Shown in pieces: positions 46,911 to 55,998 of a stretch of 64,000 bases of DNA (its first letter is position 1; every line of letters starts with the position of its first letter). The DNA comes from a virus: positions 1 through 64,000 of IMG/VR virus record IMGVR_UViG_3300006028_000001; one strand, written 5' to 3'. Under the pieces are notes generated by a model, which saw only the letters and a list, made by a program, of their open reading frames with translations, made no database searches and was not told where the DNA came from. The position numbers and the translations under genes are program-made.

Positions 46911-47656
46911 TGAGCCAACCGACCGCCCGCGCGGCCGACAGTCTGGCCTGCCACGGGCGCATCACCCTGCGCCTGTATGACGCCCAAACCCGGCTGCTGG
47001 TGGCGCAGCGCCGCGTTGACAACCTGATCGTCACCTCGGGCCTGTCAGTGCTCGCCACCGCCCTGAACTACGGGCTGATCGCAAGCCGCAACACCACGTG
47101 GGGCAATCCGTACGCCACCCCCGGCGACACCTACGGCGCGGTCGGCACCTCCACCACTCCGGCCGCGTCGGGGCAGACGTCGCTGGTCGCCGAGGTTGGC
47201 CGGGCGGTGGTGTCCAACGCCGCGGTCGCATCCGCGGTGCTCACCTACGACGCGTTCTTCCCCACCTCGCTGGGCAACGGCATCCTCAACGAGGTCGGCT
47301 GGCTCGGCTCGGCCAACCTGCTCACCCCGTCGCTGACTTCCGCGGTCAACTCCGGGTCCACCTACACCACCCTCGCGGTGCAGCAGGTGGTCGGTGTCAT
47401 TCCGTCGTCGGCGACGCTGATCCTCGGCTACGGCACCGGCACCACCCAGACGGTGACCACCACGGCGCAGGCCAACCCGGGTGACACGTCCATCGCGGTG
47501 TCGAGCTTCACCGCGGCTGCCAGTTTTGCCGCTGGTTCGCTTGTCGCCTACGCCCCCGGCACCTTGATTGACCGGGCGGTGCTCGGCTCGCCGGTGACGA
47601 AAACAGCGGCGCAGACCATGACCCTCGAACTGCAGATCACCCTGGCCGCCGGCTGA
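46910..47656 (+). CDS. Minor tail protein
   Basis: NLIVTSGL...AVGTSTTPAASGQTSLVAEVGR...LNEVG...VTKTAAQTMT. Confidence 0.7.
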   Translation: MSQPTARAADSLACHGRITLRLYDAQTRLLVAQRRVDNLIVTSGLSVLATALNYGLIASRNTTWGNPYATPGDTYGAVGTSTTPAASGQTSLVAEVGRAVVSNAAVASAVLTYDAFFPTSLGNGILNEVGWLGSANLLTPSLTSAVNSGSTYTTLAVQQVVGVIPSSATLILGYGTGTTQTVTTTAQANPGDTSIAVSSFTAAASFAAGSLVAYAPGTLIDRAVLGSPVTKTAAQTMTLELQITLAAG

Positions 47657-47976
47657 TGGAGGACCCGTTGCCGCTCACCCCCACGCCGGGCGCCGCGCCG
47701 CTGCCGCCGGCGGTGCCGCCGCTGGACCAGGACTTCGACCACGCCTGTCGTGAGTTGGGCCGGGCACTGCTGTACGTGGCGCAACTGTCGAGCCTGCTGA
47801 AGGATCGGGCCGCGGAGGCCAACCGGCTAGACGACGACCTGCAGGCGGCGCGGCTCCGCATCCAGGAGCTGGAACGCGACAACCAGACGCTGCGCGGACA
47901 GCTTGAGGTGGCCGAGGCGGCGCTCGAGGTGCTGCCGATGGCGCCGCGGCGTGACAGCGGGGCGGTGAGCGGCTGA
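47656..47976 (+). CDS. Coiled-coil hypothetical protein
   Basis: TGATG coupling on both sides. Confidence 0.6.
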   Translation: MEDPLPLTPTPGAAPLPPAVPPLDQDFDHACRELGRALLYVAQLSSLLKDRAAEANRLDDDLQAARLRIQELERDNQTLRGQLEVAEAALEVLPMAPRRDSGAVSG

Positions 47977-48773
47977 TGGCCCTGTATCAGGTCAACACCG
48001 GCGGGACCGTTCAGGCCGCCGACGTCAACCAGTACTACAACCTGCTGACCGGCGCGACCACGGACCAGCCGGTCACCATCGCCAACCGCATCCGCGCCAC
48101 CAACACCGGCGCATCCACCAACTCCGGCTACATGGGCGGCGTGTCCGGGGCCGCGCCCACGTCGGGAACGTTCGCAACCGGTGATCTGGTGATCGACCAG
48201 AAAGGCCCCATCTGGGTGTGCACCGCCGGCGGCACCCCCGGCACCTGGTCGGCCAACGGGCTGGTGCTCATCTCGCGGCAGACTCTCGGCGCCGACGCCG
48301 CGTCGATCACCTTCTCCTCGATCCCGACAACCTTCACCCACCTACGCCTAATGGGCCAGGTCCGGTCCACCACCGCCGCCACATCCGATGTGCTGGTCAC
48401 CCGGCTCAACTCCGACACCGGCAACAACTACGACTTCACCACCACGGTGTGGAACGACGTGGCCACACCGGGCACCGCGTCGGTCGGCAGCGGTGGCCTG
48501 ACCAGCGGCATGCGCATCGCCCCCGCCATCCCCGCCGCGTCGGCGACCGCCTCCTTCTTCGGCCACATCACCGCAGACGTGCCGCACTACTCCGACGCCA
48601 CCAACAACCGGATGAAGGGCGTCATGTGCCAGTCCGTCAACCAGGGATTCGTCATCGGGTTCGGATTCGGCGAGTGGGTCCCGGCCACCCCAACGGCGGT
48701 CACCGCCATCCAGCTGTACTGCAACGCCAACCTCAAGGCCGGATCCTCGGTGTCGCTGTACGGGATTCCCTGA
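47976..48773 (+). CDS. Tail fibre / receptor-binding-like protein
   Basis: WVCTAGGTPGTW; ASITFSSIPTTFTHLRL...GSSVSLYGI. Confidence 0.7.
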   Translation: MALYQVNTGGTVQAADVNQYYNLLTGATTDQPVTIANRIRATNTGASTNSGYMGGVSGAAPTSGTFATGDLVIDQKGPIWVCTAGGTPGTWSANGLVLISRQTLGADAASITFSSIPTTFTHLRLMGQVRSTTAATSDVLVTRLNSDTGNNYDFTTTVWNDVATPGTASVGSGGLTSGMRIAPAIPAASATASFFGHITADVPHYSDATNNRMKGVMCQSVNQGFVIGFGFGEWVPATPTAVTAIQLYCNANLKAGSSVSLYGIP

Positions 48774-50329
48774 TGGGCGGCGTTCTGCGCCGTGCCGCCG
48801 CCGCTGCCGCGGTAACGCTTCTCGGCCTCAGCTCGGGGTGCGCCACCCTCGACCGTCAAGGGACATGGGCGGTCACACCCTGCCCCTCGGCTGCGGTGCC
48901 GGATCTGACCGGTGACGGCGTAGCTGACTTGGCCGGCAACGACGGAAACAACGCGCTGCACTACTACCGCGGCGACGGCCATGCCGGACTGACCGACGCC
49001 GGCACCGCCTGGGCCGGGTTCGGCCCGTGGTGGGGCTACACCCGCATCACCGTCGCCGACTTCAACGGCGACGGTCACGCTGACATCGCCGGGGTCGACC
49101 CGTACGGGGACCTGCGGGTGTTCTTCGGCGACGGCAACGGTCACTGGTTCGGCGGCCAGTTGATGTGGCCAGCCGGCGGCAACTGGACCAACTTCAAGTA
49201 CCTCGCGGCCGGCGATTTCAACAGCGACGGCAAGGCCGACATCGTCTCCTACGCCGATGACGGCAACCCCCGCCTCTTCGCCGGCGACGGCGCCGGACAC
49301 GTCACCGGGCCGCCGACGATGGGTCTGCCCGCGGGTGCGTTCACCGGCTTCGCCGACATCGTCGCCGGGGACTTCAACGGCGACGGGCTGTGGGACATCG
49401 CCGCCGTCAACGCCTCACATGATCTGGGCCTGTACCTGGGCGACGGCACCGGCCACCTGACCGCCGTTGGTGCTGGCGTACTGATGTGGCCGGGCGGCGG
49501 CCAGTTCACGCGCCGCATCGCCGCCGGTGACTACAACGGCGATGGATTCCTGGACGTCGCGCAGATCACCGCGTCCGGCGCGCTGGCGTTGTACGCCGGG
49601 GACGGCACCGGTCACCTGCGTACCGGCACCGGTCAGCCCGCCACCATGTCCACGCCTGGGGTGTGGTGGACCAACCACCGGCCGGCCGGCACCCCGTCGT
49701 CGGGTTGCTGGCAGGGCCGCACCGTCATCATGCCGCTGGGGGATTCCATCACCTACGGCACCGCGTCCAGCACCGGCGACGGGTACCGCGCGCCGCTGGC
49801 CACCCTGCTGGGCGGGTCCGCGCCGATGGGCTCCGGCTGGCTGTACGAAGGATCCATCAACTCCGGCAGCTCCTTCTGGTCGCACGAGGGCCACGGCGGC
49901 TACACCATCGACCAGCTCAACGCCGGGCTGTCGGGGTGGCTGCCCGCGGCGGGTAACGCCCGCCTGCCGGTGAACCTGATCCTGCTAGACGCCGGCACCA
50001 ACGACTCGGAGCAGAACCGCACCGGCGCGCAGATGCTCACGTCGATGTCGACCCTGCTGGACAGCGTTCACACCGCCGACCCGGCGGCGCGGGTGCTGGT
50101 CGCGCAGATCACCATCACCGGCCTGGACACCCCGGCGCAACAACAGGCGGAGCAGGACTTCGACAACGGCCTACCGGCCCTGGCCGCCGCCAAGGGCACG
50201 TGGGTACGGACGGTGGACATGCGCGGTGTGGCCCTGTCCGGTGACCAGCTGCACCCGGGTGACGCCGGCTACCAGGACATGGCGGGCCGCTGGTACGCGG
50301 CGCTCATGACCGCTGGGTGGTTGCCGTAG
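48773..50329 (+). CDS. Lipoprotein with FG-GAP/VCBS repeats and SGNH hydrolase domain
   Basis: Lipobox LSSGC; five (G)DFNGDG-type repeats; GDSIT, GTND, DQLHP catalytic motifs. Confidence 0.85.
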   Translation: MGGVLRRAAAAAAVTLLGLSSGCATLDRQGTWAVTPCPSAAVPDLTGDGVADLAGNDGNNALHYYRGDGHAGLTDAGTAWAGFGPWWGYTRITVADFNGDGHADIAGVDPYGDLRVFFGDGNGHWFGGQLMWPAGGNWTNFKYLAAGDFNSDGKADIVSYADDGNPRLFAGDGAGHVTGPPTMGLPAGAFTGFADIVAGDFNGDGLWDIAAVNASHDLGLYLGDGTGHLTAVGAGVLMWPGGGQFTRRIAAGDYNGDGFLDVAQITASGALALYAGDGTGHLRTGTGQPATMSTPGVWWTNHRPAGTPSSGCWQGRTVIMPLGDSITYGTASSTGDGYRAPLATLLGGSAPMGSGWLYEGSINSGSSFWSHEGHGGYTIDQLNAGLSGWLPAAGNARLPVNLILLDAGTNDSEQNRTGAQMLTSMSTLLDSVHTADPAARVLVAQITITGLDTPAQQQAEQDFDNGLPALAAAKGTWVRTVDMRGVALSGDQLHPGDAGYQDMAGRWYAALMTAGWLP

Positions 50330-50511
50330 CTCACCACTGCCCGTCCCACCACTCTTCCGGCGGCTCCGGCAACCGACGCTGATCACCGGAGTCGACGGCC
50401 TTGTCGGTGTCGTCGACCTGCCGGTCGGGTTGAGTACGCAGCCAGTGGTGGCACGGCGGTGACGGGCACAGCGACGAGTCCATGTCCGGTCAACGACGGA
50501 AGGACGCCACC

Positions 50512-51429
50512 GTGACCAACGCACCCGCTGACCTGCTGACCGTCCGCGCCCGGATCATGGCCATCACGGGTCTCACCGACCCGGCCGAGGTGGGCATCGT
50601 CGGCGACGGCATGCACGCCCGCACCGGTGGCTACCACGAAGGCCGCGACGTGCTGGCCGCACTCGGTGTGCTCAGCACGGACTACTCAGTCGCCGAATAC
50701 GCCCGGGACCGGGCCGGCCTGACCGCCTCGGCATCCGCGCTGGACATCGCGCTGGCGTGGCCGAACGGTGGCCGCCCGGCCGCGATCCGGTGGACCAACC
50801 TGCTCGTCGCGGACCTGCTCGCCGGCACACCCGGCACCGAGGTGCTGCGCGCGATGAACTACAGCCCCGACGGCACCCTGAAGCGGCGGCGGGACAAGCG
50901 CAGCGGCCTGGTCGAGGAGATCAGCTCCGACAGCGTCGACATCCACACCCACTTCGAGTTCTTCCGGGACACCGAAGGGCAACGCGCCGGCGCGTTCTGC
51001 GACCTGCTGATCCGGCGCGCGCGGCAGGCCATCACCGGAACCGACCCCGACCAGCCGACGACAGGAGACGACATGCCCCAGGACAGCGGCGATCTGCCGG
51101 TCGGGTTCGCCATCGACGAACACGACGCCTGGATCGACACCGCGAAGGCCGTCGCGGTGGCGCCGCCGGCGGTTGGGCCGAAGGCGGCCGGCGGCTGGGG
51201 TCCGGCGTGGTTCTACGCCGCCGGAACAGGCGACGCCACGGTGCGGTACGGCTGCTACCCGTCCGGGTTGTGGCGCGACGCGCACGTCAACCTGACCGCC
51301 CCCACCGACCCGAAGGATCACGGCCTGCCCGACGGCACAACGCTGGTGCTGATCGCCCGCAAGCGGACCTCGGCCACCGACACCGCCGACGCCGTGCCGG
51401 TTCGGTGGCGCATCCAGTACGGCACCTGA
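50512..51429 (+). CDS. Endolysin (Zn peptidase-like, putative)
   Basis: GIVGD..H..GGYH...ASALDI...HTHFEF; first gene of the lysis cassette. Confidence 0.7.
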   Translation: MTNAPADLLTVRARIMAITGLTDPAEVGIVGDGMHARTGGYHEGRDVLAALGVLSTDYSVAEYARDRAGLTASASALDIALAWPNGGRPAAIRWTNLLVADLLAGTPGTEVLRAMNYSPDGTLKRRRDKRSGLVEEISSDSVDIHTHFEFFRDTEGQRAGAFCDLLIRRARQAITGTDPDQPTTGDDMPQDSGDLPVGFAIDEHDAWIDTAKAVAVAPPAVGPKAAGGWGPAWFYAAGTGDATVRYGCYPSGLWRDAHVNLTAPTDPKDHGLPDGTTLVLIARKRTSATDTADAVPVRWRIQYGT

Positions 51430-51431
51430 CC

Positions 51432-51842
51432 GTGCAACCCCTGCGGCGCCTCGGCCGGCATGTGGGCCGCCGCGGCGCCTACCTTCTGTTCCTGGCGCTG
51501 CTGGACATCACCGTCGCCTACTCGTTGACCCAGCCGTTGCCACTCGGGCTGACCCGCGGGCAGGTGTACCGGCCGTTCACCGACCTCGCCCCATTCGCCG
51601 TGTGGGTGTGGACGTGGGCCGGCGTAGGGCTGCTCGCCTTCGCCGCCGCGTTCGTCCACGGCCTGCGCGTTGCCGTGTTCGGGGCGGCGGCCCTGATGAA
51701 GGTGGCGTGGGCGGCCGGGTACCTGTCCGGCTGGGTGTCCGGCTATCCGCTGTATACCCGCGGCTACCAGACCGCGGCCATCTATGTCGCGTTCGCCGCG
51801 GTCACGCTGATCGTGTCGGGATGGCGGGAGAACAGCCAGTGA
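51432..51842 (+). CDS. Multi-TM membrane protein (holin-like)
   Basis: About 4 hydrophobic segments; follows the endolysin. Confidence 0.65.
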   Translation: MQPLRRLGRHVGRRGAYLLFLALLDITVAYSLTQPLPLGLTRGQVYRPFTDLAPFAVWVWTWAGVGLLAFAAAFVHGLRVAVFGAAALMKVAWAAGYLSGWVSGYPLYTRGYQTAAIYVAFAAVTLIVSGWRENSQ

Positions 51843-52360
51843 ACGGCGGCACCGTCACCGCGGTCGTGTCCGGCTTCGCCGCGGTCGTAGTCGCCGTCAT
51901 CGCCATGGTGTCCGCGCGCGCGGTGGCCCGGGCGCAGGCCGACAACACCCGCCGACTGGCCGAAGCCGAAGCCGCCCGCAAACGCGAGGAGGCCGAGCGG
52001 GAGCAGGCCCGAGCCCGGGTCGAGATCGAAGCGAAAGCCTACGAGCGGGCGCGGGAGTCCTACGAGCGGATCGTCAAAGATCTCGAAGGGCAGTTGGAGA
52101 GAAACCAGCGCACCGTGGAACGCATCCAGGACCAGTTGGACCGGATGGCGATCCGGCTGGCCGACGAGCAGACCCAGAAAGCCGGCCTGCAGGATCAGGT
52201 GGATTCGATGCGGCGGCAGATGGACGAGCTGCGCCGGGAAAACGAGCAGTTCCGGGCGATCATCGCCGAGCATCAGAAGATCAGTGGGACGCTGGCGGCG
52301 GACCTGCGCCGGGCTGGTGCGGCGTTGCCGCCGGATCTGACCCCCGGACCCGCCGCGTAG
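51839..52360 (+). CDS. N-terminal TM coiled-coil lysis-cassette protein
   Basis: TM segment followed by long heptads; AYERARESYE. Confidence 0.65.
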   Translation: MNGGTVTAVVSGFAAVVVAVIAMVSARAVARAQADNTRRLAEAEAARKREEAEREQARARVEIEAKAYERARESYERIVKDLEGQLERNQRTVERIQDQLDRMAIRLADEQTQKAGLQDQVDSMRRQMDELRRENEQFRAIIAEHQKISGTLAADLRRAGAALPPDLTPGPAA

Positions 52361-52459
52361 CCGACCGGCGACGTTACGTGTCCGCGACGTACGCTTGGGT
52401 CGCCCCGCTCCGGACCCCGGCGGGGGTGCACGTCCGCCCCCGGCACCGGGAGGCACCCG

Positions 52460-52702
52460 ATGCGCATCGGCCCCAGACTGGACGCATCGGTCGGACCCCC
52501 ACCGCTGTCCCGCAGGGAACGGCAGGTCGCCGACCTGGTCGCGGAGGGGTTGACGGACCGGGCCATCGCCGCCCAGCTGGGGGTGTCGGCGCGCACCGCC
52601 GAATCGCATGTGGCGCGGATCCTGACCAAACTCGGGGTGGCCAACCGGGTGCAGGTCGCCACCTGGGTGCTGCGGATGCGTGGCGCCGCCGAGGCGGCCT
52701 GA
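52460..52702 (+). CDS. Stand-alone LuxR-family HTH protein
   Basis: LSRRERQVADLVAEGLTDRAIAAQLGVSARTAESHVARILTKLG. Confidence 0.9.
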   Translation: MRIGPRLDASVGPPPLSRRERQVADLVAEGLTDRAIAAQLGVSARTAESHVARILTKLGVANRVQVATWVLRMRGAAEAA

Positions 52703-52703
52703 A

Positions 52704-53027
52704 CTACCGCCGGTCGCTGCTCGGGTCGTAGGCGCGCGGCGCCAGTTCGTGCCACAGGTCATCCGGCCGGATCGCCTTGATGAGGCCGACCGCCACCTTG
52801 GCTTTGTCCTCGTGCAGAAACGCCCACCCGCCGACCGCCTCGGTCACCGACGAGTCGACGTACCAGCGGCCGTCGTCGAGCCGGCCGAGCGTCAGGTAGC
52901 CCTCGAACGCCGGATGGTCGCCGGGATGGTGCCAGCGGGCCAGTGGCTGCTTGCCGAACTGCCGCGCCAGGTCGATCTGGACACCGCCGGGCATCGGCGG
53001 CTGCACCCGATAGTCGTGCCCGCTCAT
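52704..53027 (-). CDS. Hypothetical protein (antisense moron)
   Basis: Fills the gap exactly, divergent from 53097. Confidence 0.55.
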   Translation of the reverse strand: MSGHDYRVQPPMPGGVQIDLARQFGKQPLARWHHPGDHPAFEGYLTLGRLDDGRWYVDSSVTEAVGGWAFLHEDKAKVAVGLIKAIRPDDLWHELAPRAYDPSSDRR

Positions 53028-53096
53028 CCACGCGATCGTACGCGCGTACCAAACGTGACTGATTCATTCCCTCAATCACTCATCTACGAGGTGACC

Positions 53097-54047
53097 ATGA
53101 AGCTCGGCCGCCGCCCACCCAAGAACGCCCCCGCGCTGCGACTCGCGAACGTCCTCACCGGCGCCGTCCCGGCGCACCCGACGGCCCAGGACAACCTGAG
53201 CCGGCTGTCCGGCTGGCAGATGCTCGGCAACGACGTCGCCGGCGACTGTGTTGCGGTCACCTGGTCGAACTTCCGCCGGCTGATCACCGCCGCGCTCGCC
53301 GGTCGGGAGGTGTACCCCACCCAGGATCAGGTGTGGCAGGTGTACCGCACCCAGAATCCCGACTTCGACCCCAACGGCGACCCCAACGTCAACGGGCCGG
53401 GCTCGCCCGCCGACCAGGGAATGGACATCCAGACCCTGCTCGAATACCTACACACCACCGGCGGCCCGGACGGGGTCAAGGCGGTCGCGTTCGCCAAGGT
53501 GGATCACACCAACCTCGACGAGGTCAAGGCCGCCCTGTCCATCTTCGGCGGCGTCTGGACCGGCATCACCGTCCAAGCCGCGCAGATGCAGCAGTTCAAC
53601 GCTGGGCAGCCGTGGGACTGGGTGGCCGGCTCCCCGGTCGACGGCGGCCATTCGGTGTTGTCCGGCGGGTATGGCGTCGCCGGCTCGCGGCTGGGTATCG
53701 GCGATGTCGACTTCATCACCTGGGCCAAGGAAACGTCGTTCACCGACTCCTATTGGGCGCGGGGCATCGAAGAGGCGTGGATCGTCATCTGGCCCGAGCA
53801 CTTAGGGACCGCCGAGTTCCAGCAGGGCGTCAACCTTGCCGCGCTCGCCACGGACTACCAGGAGTTGACCGGCAAGGTGCTGCCACTGCCCACCCCGGTA
53901 CCGACTCCCCCGCCCGTCCCGGCCGACGTCGACCAGGCCCTGGCCGCCGCGCTGCGACACGACAACTGGGTCAACGAGCGGCACTGCTGCGGCGCCAAGC
54001 GGGTGGCGCAGGCCGCGCTGCCGTGGCTCGCCGCGCACCACCTATAG
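53097..54047 (+). CDS. Papain-like (C1-type) cysteine protease
   Basis: GNDVAGDCVAV (Cys), GGHSVLSGGY (His), ITWA; GAGG RBS. Confidence 0.7.
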   Translation: MKLGRRPPKNAPALRLANVLTGAVPAHPTAQDNLSRLSGWQMLGNDVAGDCVAVTWSNFRRLITAALAGREVYPTQDQVWQVYRTQNPDFDPNGDPNVNGPGSPADQGMDIQTLLEYLHTTGGPDGVKAVAFAKVDHTNLDEVKAALSIFGGVWTGITVQAAQMQQFNAGQPWDWVAGSPVDGGHSVLSGGYGVAGSRLGIGDVDFITWAKETSFTDSYWARGIEEAWIVIWPEHLGTAEFQQGVNLAALATDYQELTGKVLPLPTPVPTPPPVPADVDQALAAALRHDNWVNERHCCGAKRVAQAALPWLAAHHL

Positions 54048-54056
54048 GGGGCGGAA

Positions 54057-54617
54057 GTGGACAACACCGAGTCGGAGCGCCAGAGCTGCCCCCGTCGCAT
54101 GACCGACTGGGGGGCACAGGAACGCGCCAAAGGACTGGACACTTGGAGCGACCGGGCCGCCATGTCCGGGCAGAACCGGGTGGGCAGGTCGTGCTCGTAC
54201 TGCGGTTCACTCGACCCGGACCGATTCATGGAGCTCGTCCGGGACGGCTGGATCGTCGGACCGACCGACAAGGACTACAAGGCGTACCTGGAGTCACCGC
54301 TCACCGACGACGAGAAGGCCGCCAAACGCCAGCGGTGGATGGACCACGACGCGGTTGCCCGGGCCGTCCGCGAGATCGGCGAGAAAGACGGCAAGACCGC
54401 CGAACAGATCCAGGCCGACCTCGACGAGCAGTGGCAGGAGCAGGCGGCCGGCTGGCTACACGGCGACCAGTCGGCGAAGTTCTACTACCAGCACCTGACG
54501 GCCGAACAGCGGACCGAGTTCATCGCCCTCTACAACGAGGGCCGGATGAAGGTTGGCTACCCGGGCCACTTCTACCGACTGCCGTTCTTCTGCCGGTCGA
54601 GCCCGGCGGCGACGTGA
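54057..54617 (+). CDS. Hypothetical protein
   Basis: CPRR...CSYCGSL...KFYYQHL. Confidence 0.65.
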   Translation: MDNTESERQSCPRRMTDWGAQERAKGLDTWSDRAAMSGQNRVGRSCSYCGSLDPDRFMELVRDGWIVGPTDKDYKAYLESPLTDDEKAAKRQRWMDHDAVARAVREIGEKDGKTAEQIQADLDEQWQEQAAGWLHGDQSAKFYYQHLTAEQRTEFIALYNEGRMKVGYPGHFYRLPFFCRSSPAAT

Positions 54618-54832
54618 CCCGCCGCACCGCCTGGATTGTCGGGTTCCTCGCCGGCTTCGTCGCGTGGATCGTGGCCGAGGTGTGGGCCGCGTTCGACAGC
54701 TCGACCAACACGGTGCCGCTGACCAACATCATCGTCGAGCACGTGCCGATGTGGCTCGGCTTTCCGCTGATCGTCGCGTTCGCCGTGTGGCTGGTGCTGC
54801 ACTTCTGGATCTACTGGCGGCGGCGGGCCTGA
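54614..54832 (+). CDS. Small two-TM membrane protein
   Basis: GTGA overlap; two hydrophobic segments. Confidence 0.6.
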   Translation: MTRRTAWIVGFLAGFVAWIVAEVWAAFDSSTNTVPLTNIIVEHVPMWLGFPLIVAFAVWLVLHFWIYWRRRA

Positions 54833-54879
54833 CTCTACTTGCGAAGTAGCGTCATGACGCTACCTTCCGCGCCGATACC

Positions 54880-54997
54880 GGAACGCCGCGACCGGGATTC
54901 GAACCCAGGTCACTGGAACCGGGGCCATCGCCCCTGCGGGCCGGACTCGAACCGTCGGCTTCCGACATGCTCGGCCGCTGCACCACCGCGGCGTCCC
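54880..54997 (-). ncRNA. tRNA-like structured RNA without a canonical anticodon arm
   Basis: Acceptor stem, D arm and T arm (GGTTCGAATCC) fold by eye; a second T-loop (GGTTCGAGTCC) replaces the anticodon arm. Confidence 0.55.
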
Positions 54998-55038
54998 ATG
55001 CTGGCCAGCGCCACAACCGTACCGGAGGCACCCCCGCC

Positions 55039-55299
55039 ATGACCGATCCGACACCGCCGCCGAACGCCCCATCCGAACCGCTCGCGTCGATCTCGGTCAT
55101 CACCGGCATCGGCGCCGCCCTCGTCGGCCTCGCCGTGTCGTTCGGGCTGCACCTGACCGTTGACCAGAAAGCCAGCGTCGTCGCCCTCATCACCGCGGCC
55201 GCGCCGATCGTGGTGTGGCTGTGGGGCCGGCGGCGCACCTACTCGCCCGCCACAGTCAGGCGCATGATGACCCGCGGCGGCCATGAGCCGGGGTCGTGA
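55039..55299 (+). CDS. Holin-like two-TM protein
   Basis: GGAGG RBS; EP...ALVGLAVSFGLHLT.DQ...R..T..P pattern. Confidence 0.7.
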   Translation: MTDPTPPPNAPSEPLASISVITGIGAALVGLAVSFGLHLTVDQKASVVALITAAAPIVVWLWGRRRTYSPATVRRMMTRGGHEPGS

Positions 55300-55504
55300 C
55301 GCCGCCCACGAACACGACGGCTGGACGTTCCGCCGCGGTACGGACGGCAGCGTGACCATCTGGGCCGGCGACGACCGCGAACTTGTCCTCACCGCCGCCG
55401 CGTGGATCCGGATCGTCACCGCGGTGTCGGCTGGCGGACGGCTCGCCTACCGGCAGGCGCAGGCGCTGCACCGTGGCGCCACTGATGGGCGACCCGGGCG
55501 TTGA
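55283..55504 (+). CDS. Hypothetical protein
   Basis: Overlapping ORF HEHDGWTFRR..DGSVTI. Confidence 0.45.
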   Translation: MSRGRDAAHEHDGWTFRRGTDGSVTIWAGDDRELVLTAAAWIRIVTAVSAGGRLAYRQAQALHRGATDGRPGR

Positions 55505-55708
55505 ACCTGCAACACCCGCCGTCGATTGGCCGCTCACATCATGTGGACACGTCCCTTGCCGAACCGCCCGACCGCGATCCGCCGACCACCCGGCCGACGC
55601 CGGGTCACCGCCTACAGCCGGCGCAGACGCAGGTGGTAGACCGGTGGGTCAACCGGACACCGGCCGGCGTCGTCGACTGGCAACACCTGGATCAGCAAGG
55701 AGGCTGAC

Positions 55709-55864
55709 ATGCGCACCCTGATCGCCATCCTGTACGTGGCCGCCGTCATCCTGCTCGTCCTCGCCGCGTTCGGCATCCCCGCCCGCGTGTCACTGGCGCT
55801 GCTCGGCGCCGCCTGCGCACTGCTGGCGTTCTCGCTGCCAGCCATGCAGGCCGGGTTCCAGTAG
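55709..55864 (+). CDS. 51-aa hydrophobic membrane peptide (not in the ORF track)
   Basis: AAGGAGG RBS; MRTLIAILYVAAVILLVLAAFGIPARVSLALLGAACALLAF. Confidence 0.7.
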   Translation: MRTLIAILYVAAVILLVLAAFGIPARVSLALLGAACALLAFSLPAMQAGFQ

Positions 55865-55936
55865 CCGGCCGCCGGAAACCGTCGCACCCGCGCCATACGC
55901 TTACCTGCTCACCCGCACGGCCCGCCCGCACAGCAA

Positions 55937-55998
55937 CGGGGCCACCCTTCCGATCCCACCCTCGCAGGGTGCGGTCGGGTTGGGTGGCCCCGATTTTT
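55937..55998 (+). terminator. Long hairpin terminator between convergent operons
   Basis: CGGGGCCACCC...GGGTGGCCCCG followed by ATTTTT. Confidence 0.75.

Larger units (their letters stand above)
1..55990 (+). mobile_element. Temperate tailed (siphovirus-like) actinophage / prophage region; left end lies outside the window
   Basis: Co-oriented, translationally coupled genes in phage order: replication, terminase, portal, protease, capsid, tail, tape measure, lysis. Confidence 0.95.

Noticed and set aside
44560-50329. Diversity-generating retroelement or invertible tail-fibre cassette
   Set aside because: No reverse transcriptase, invertase or template/variable repeat pair seen
52366-52391. 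Further copies of the ECF-type promoter (GACGTA at 52386 and 36022; GCAAAC at 7984)
   Set aside because: The partner element is missing at the 17-nt spacing
54885-54992. Canonical tRNA gene
   Set aside because: No 5-bp stem with 7-nt anticodon loop and no CCA; reported as a tRNA-like RNA instead
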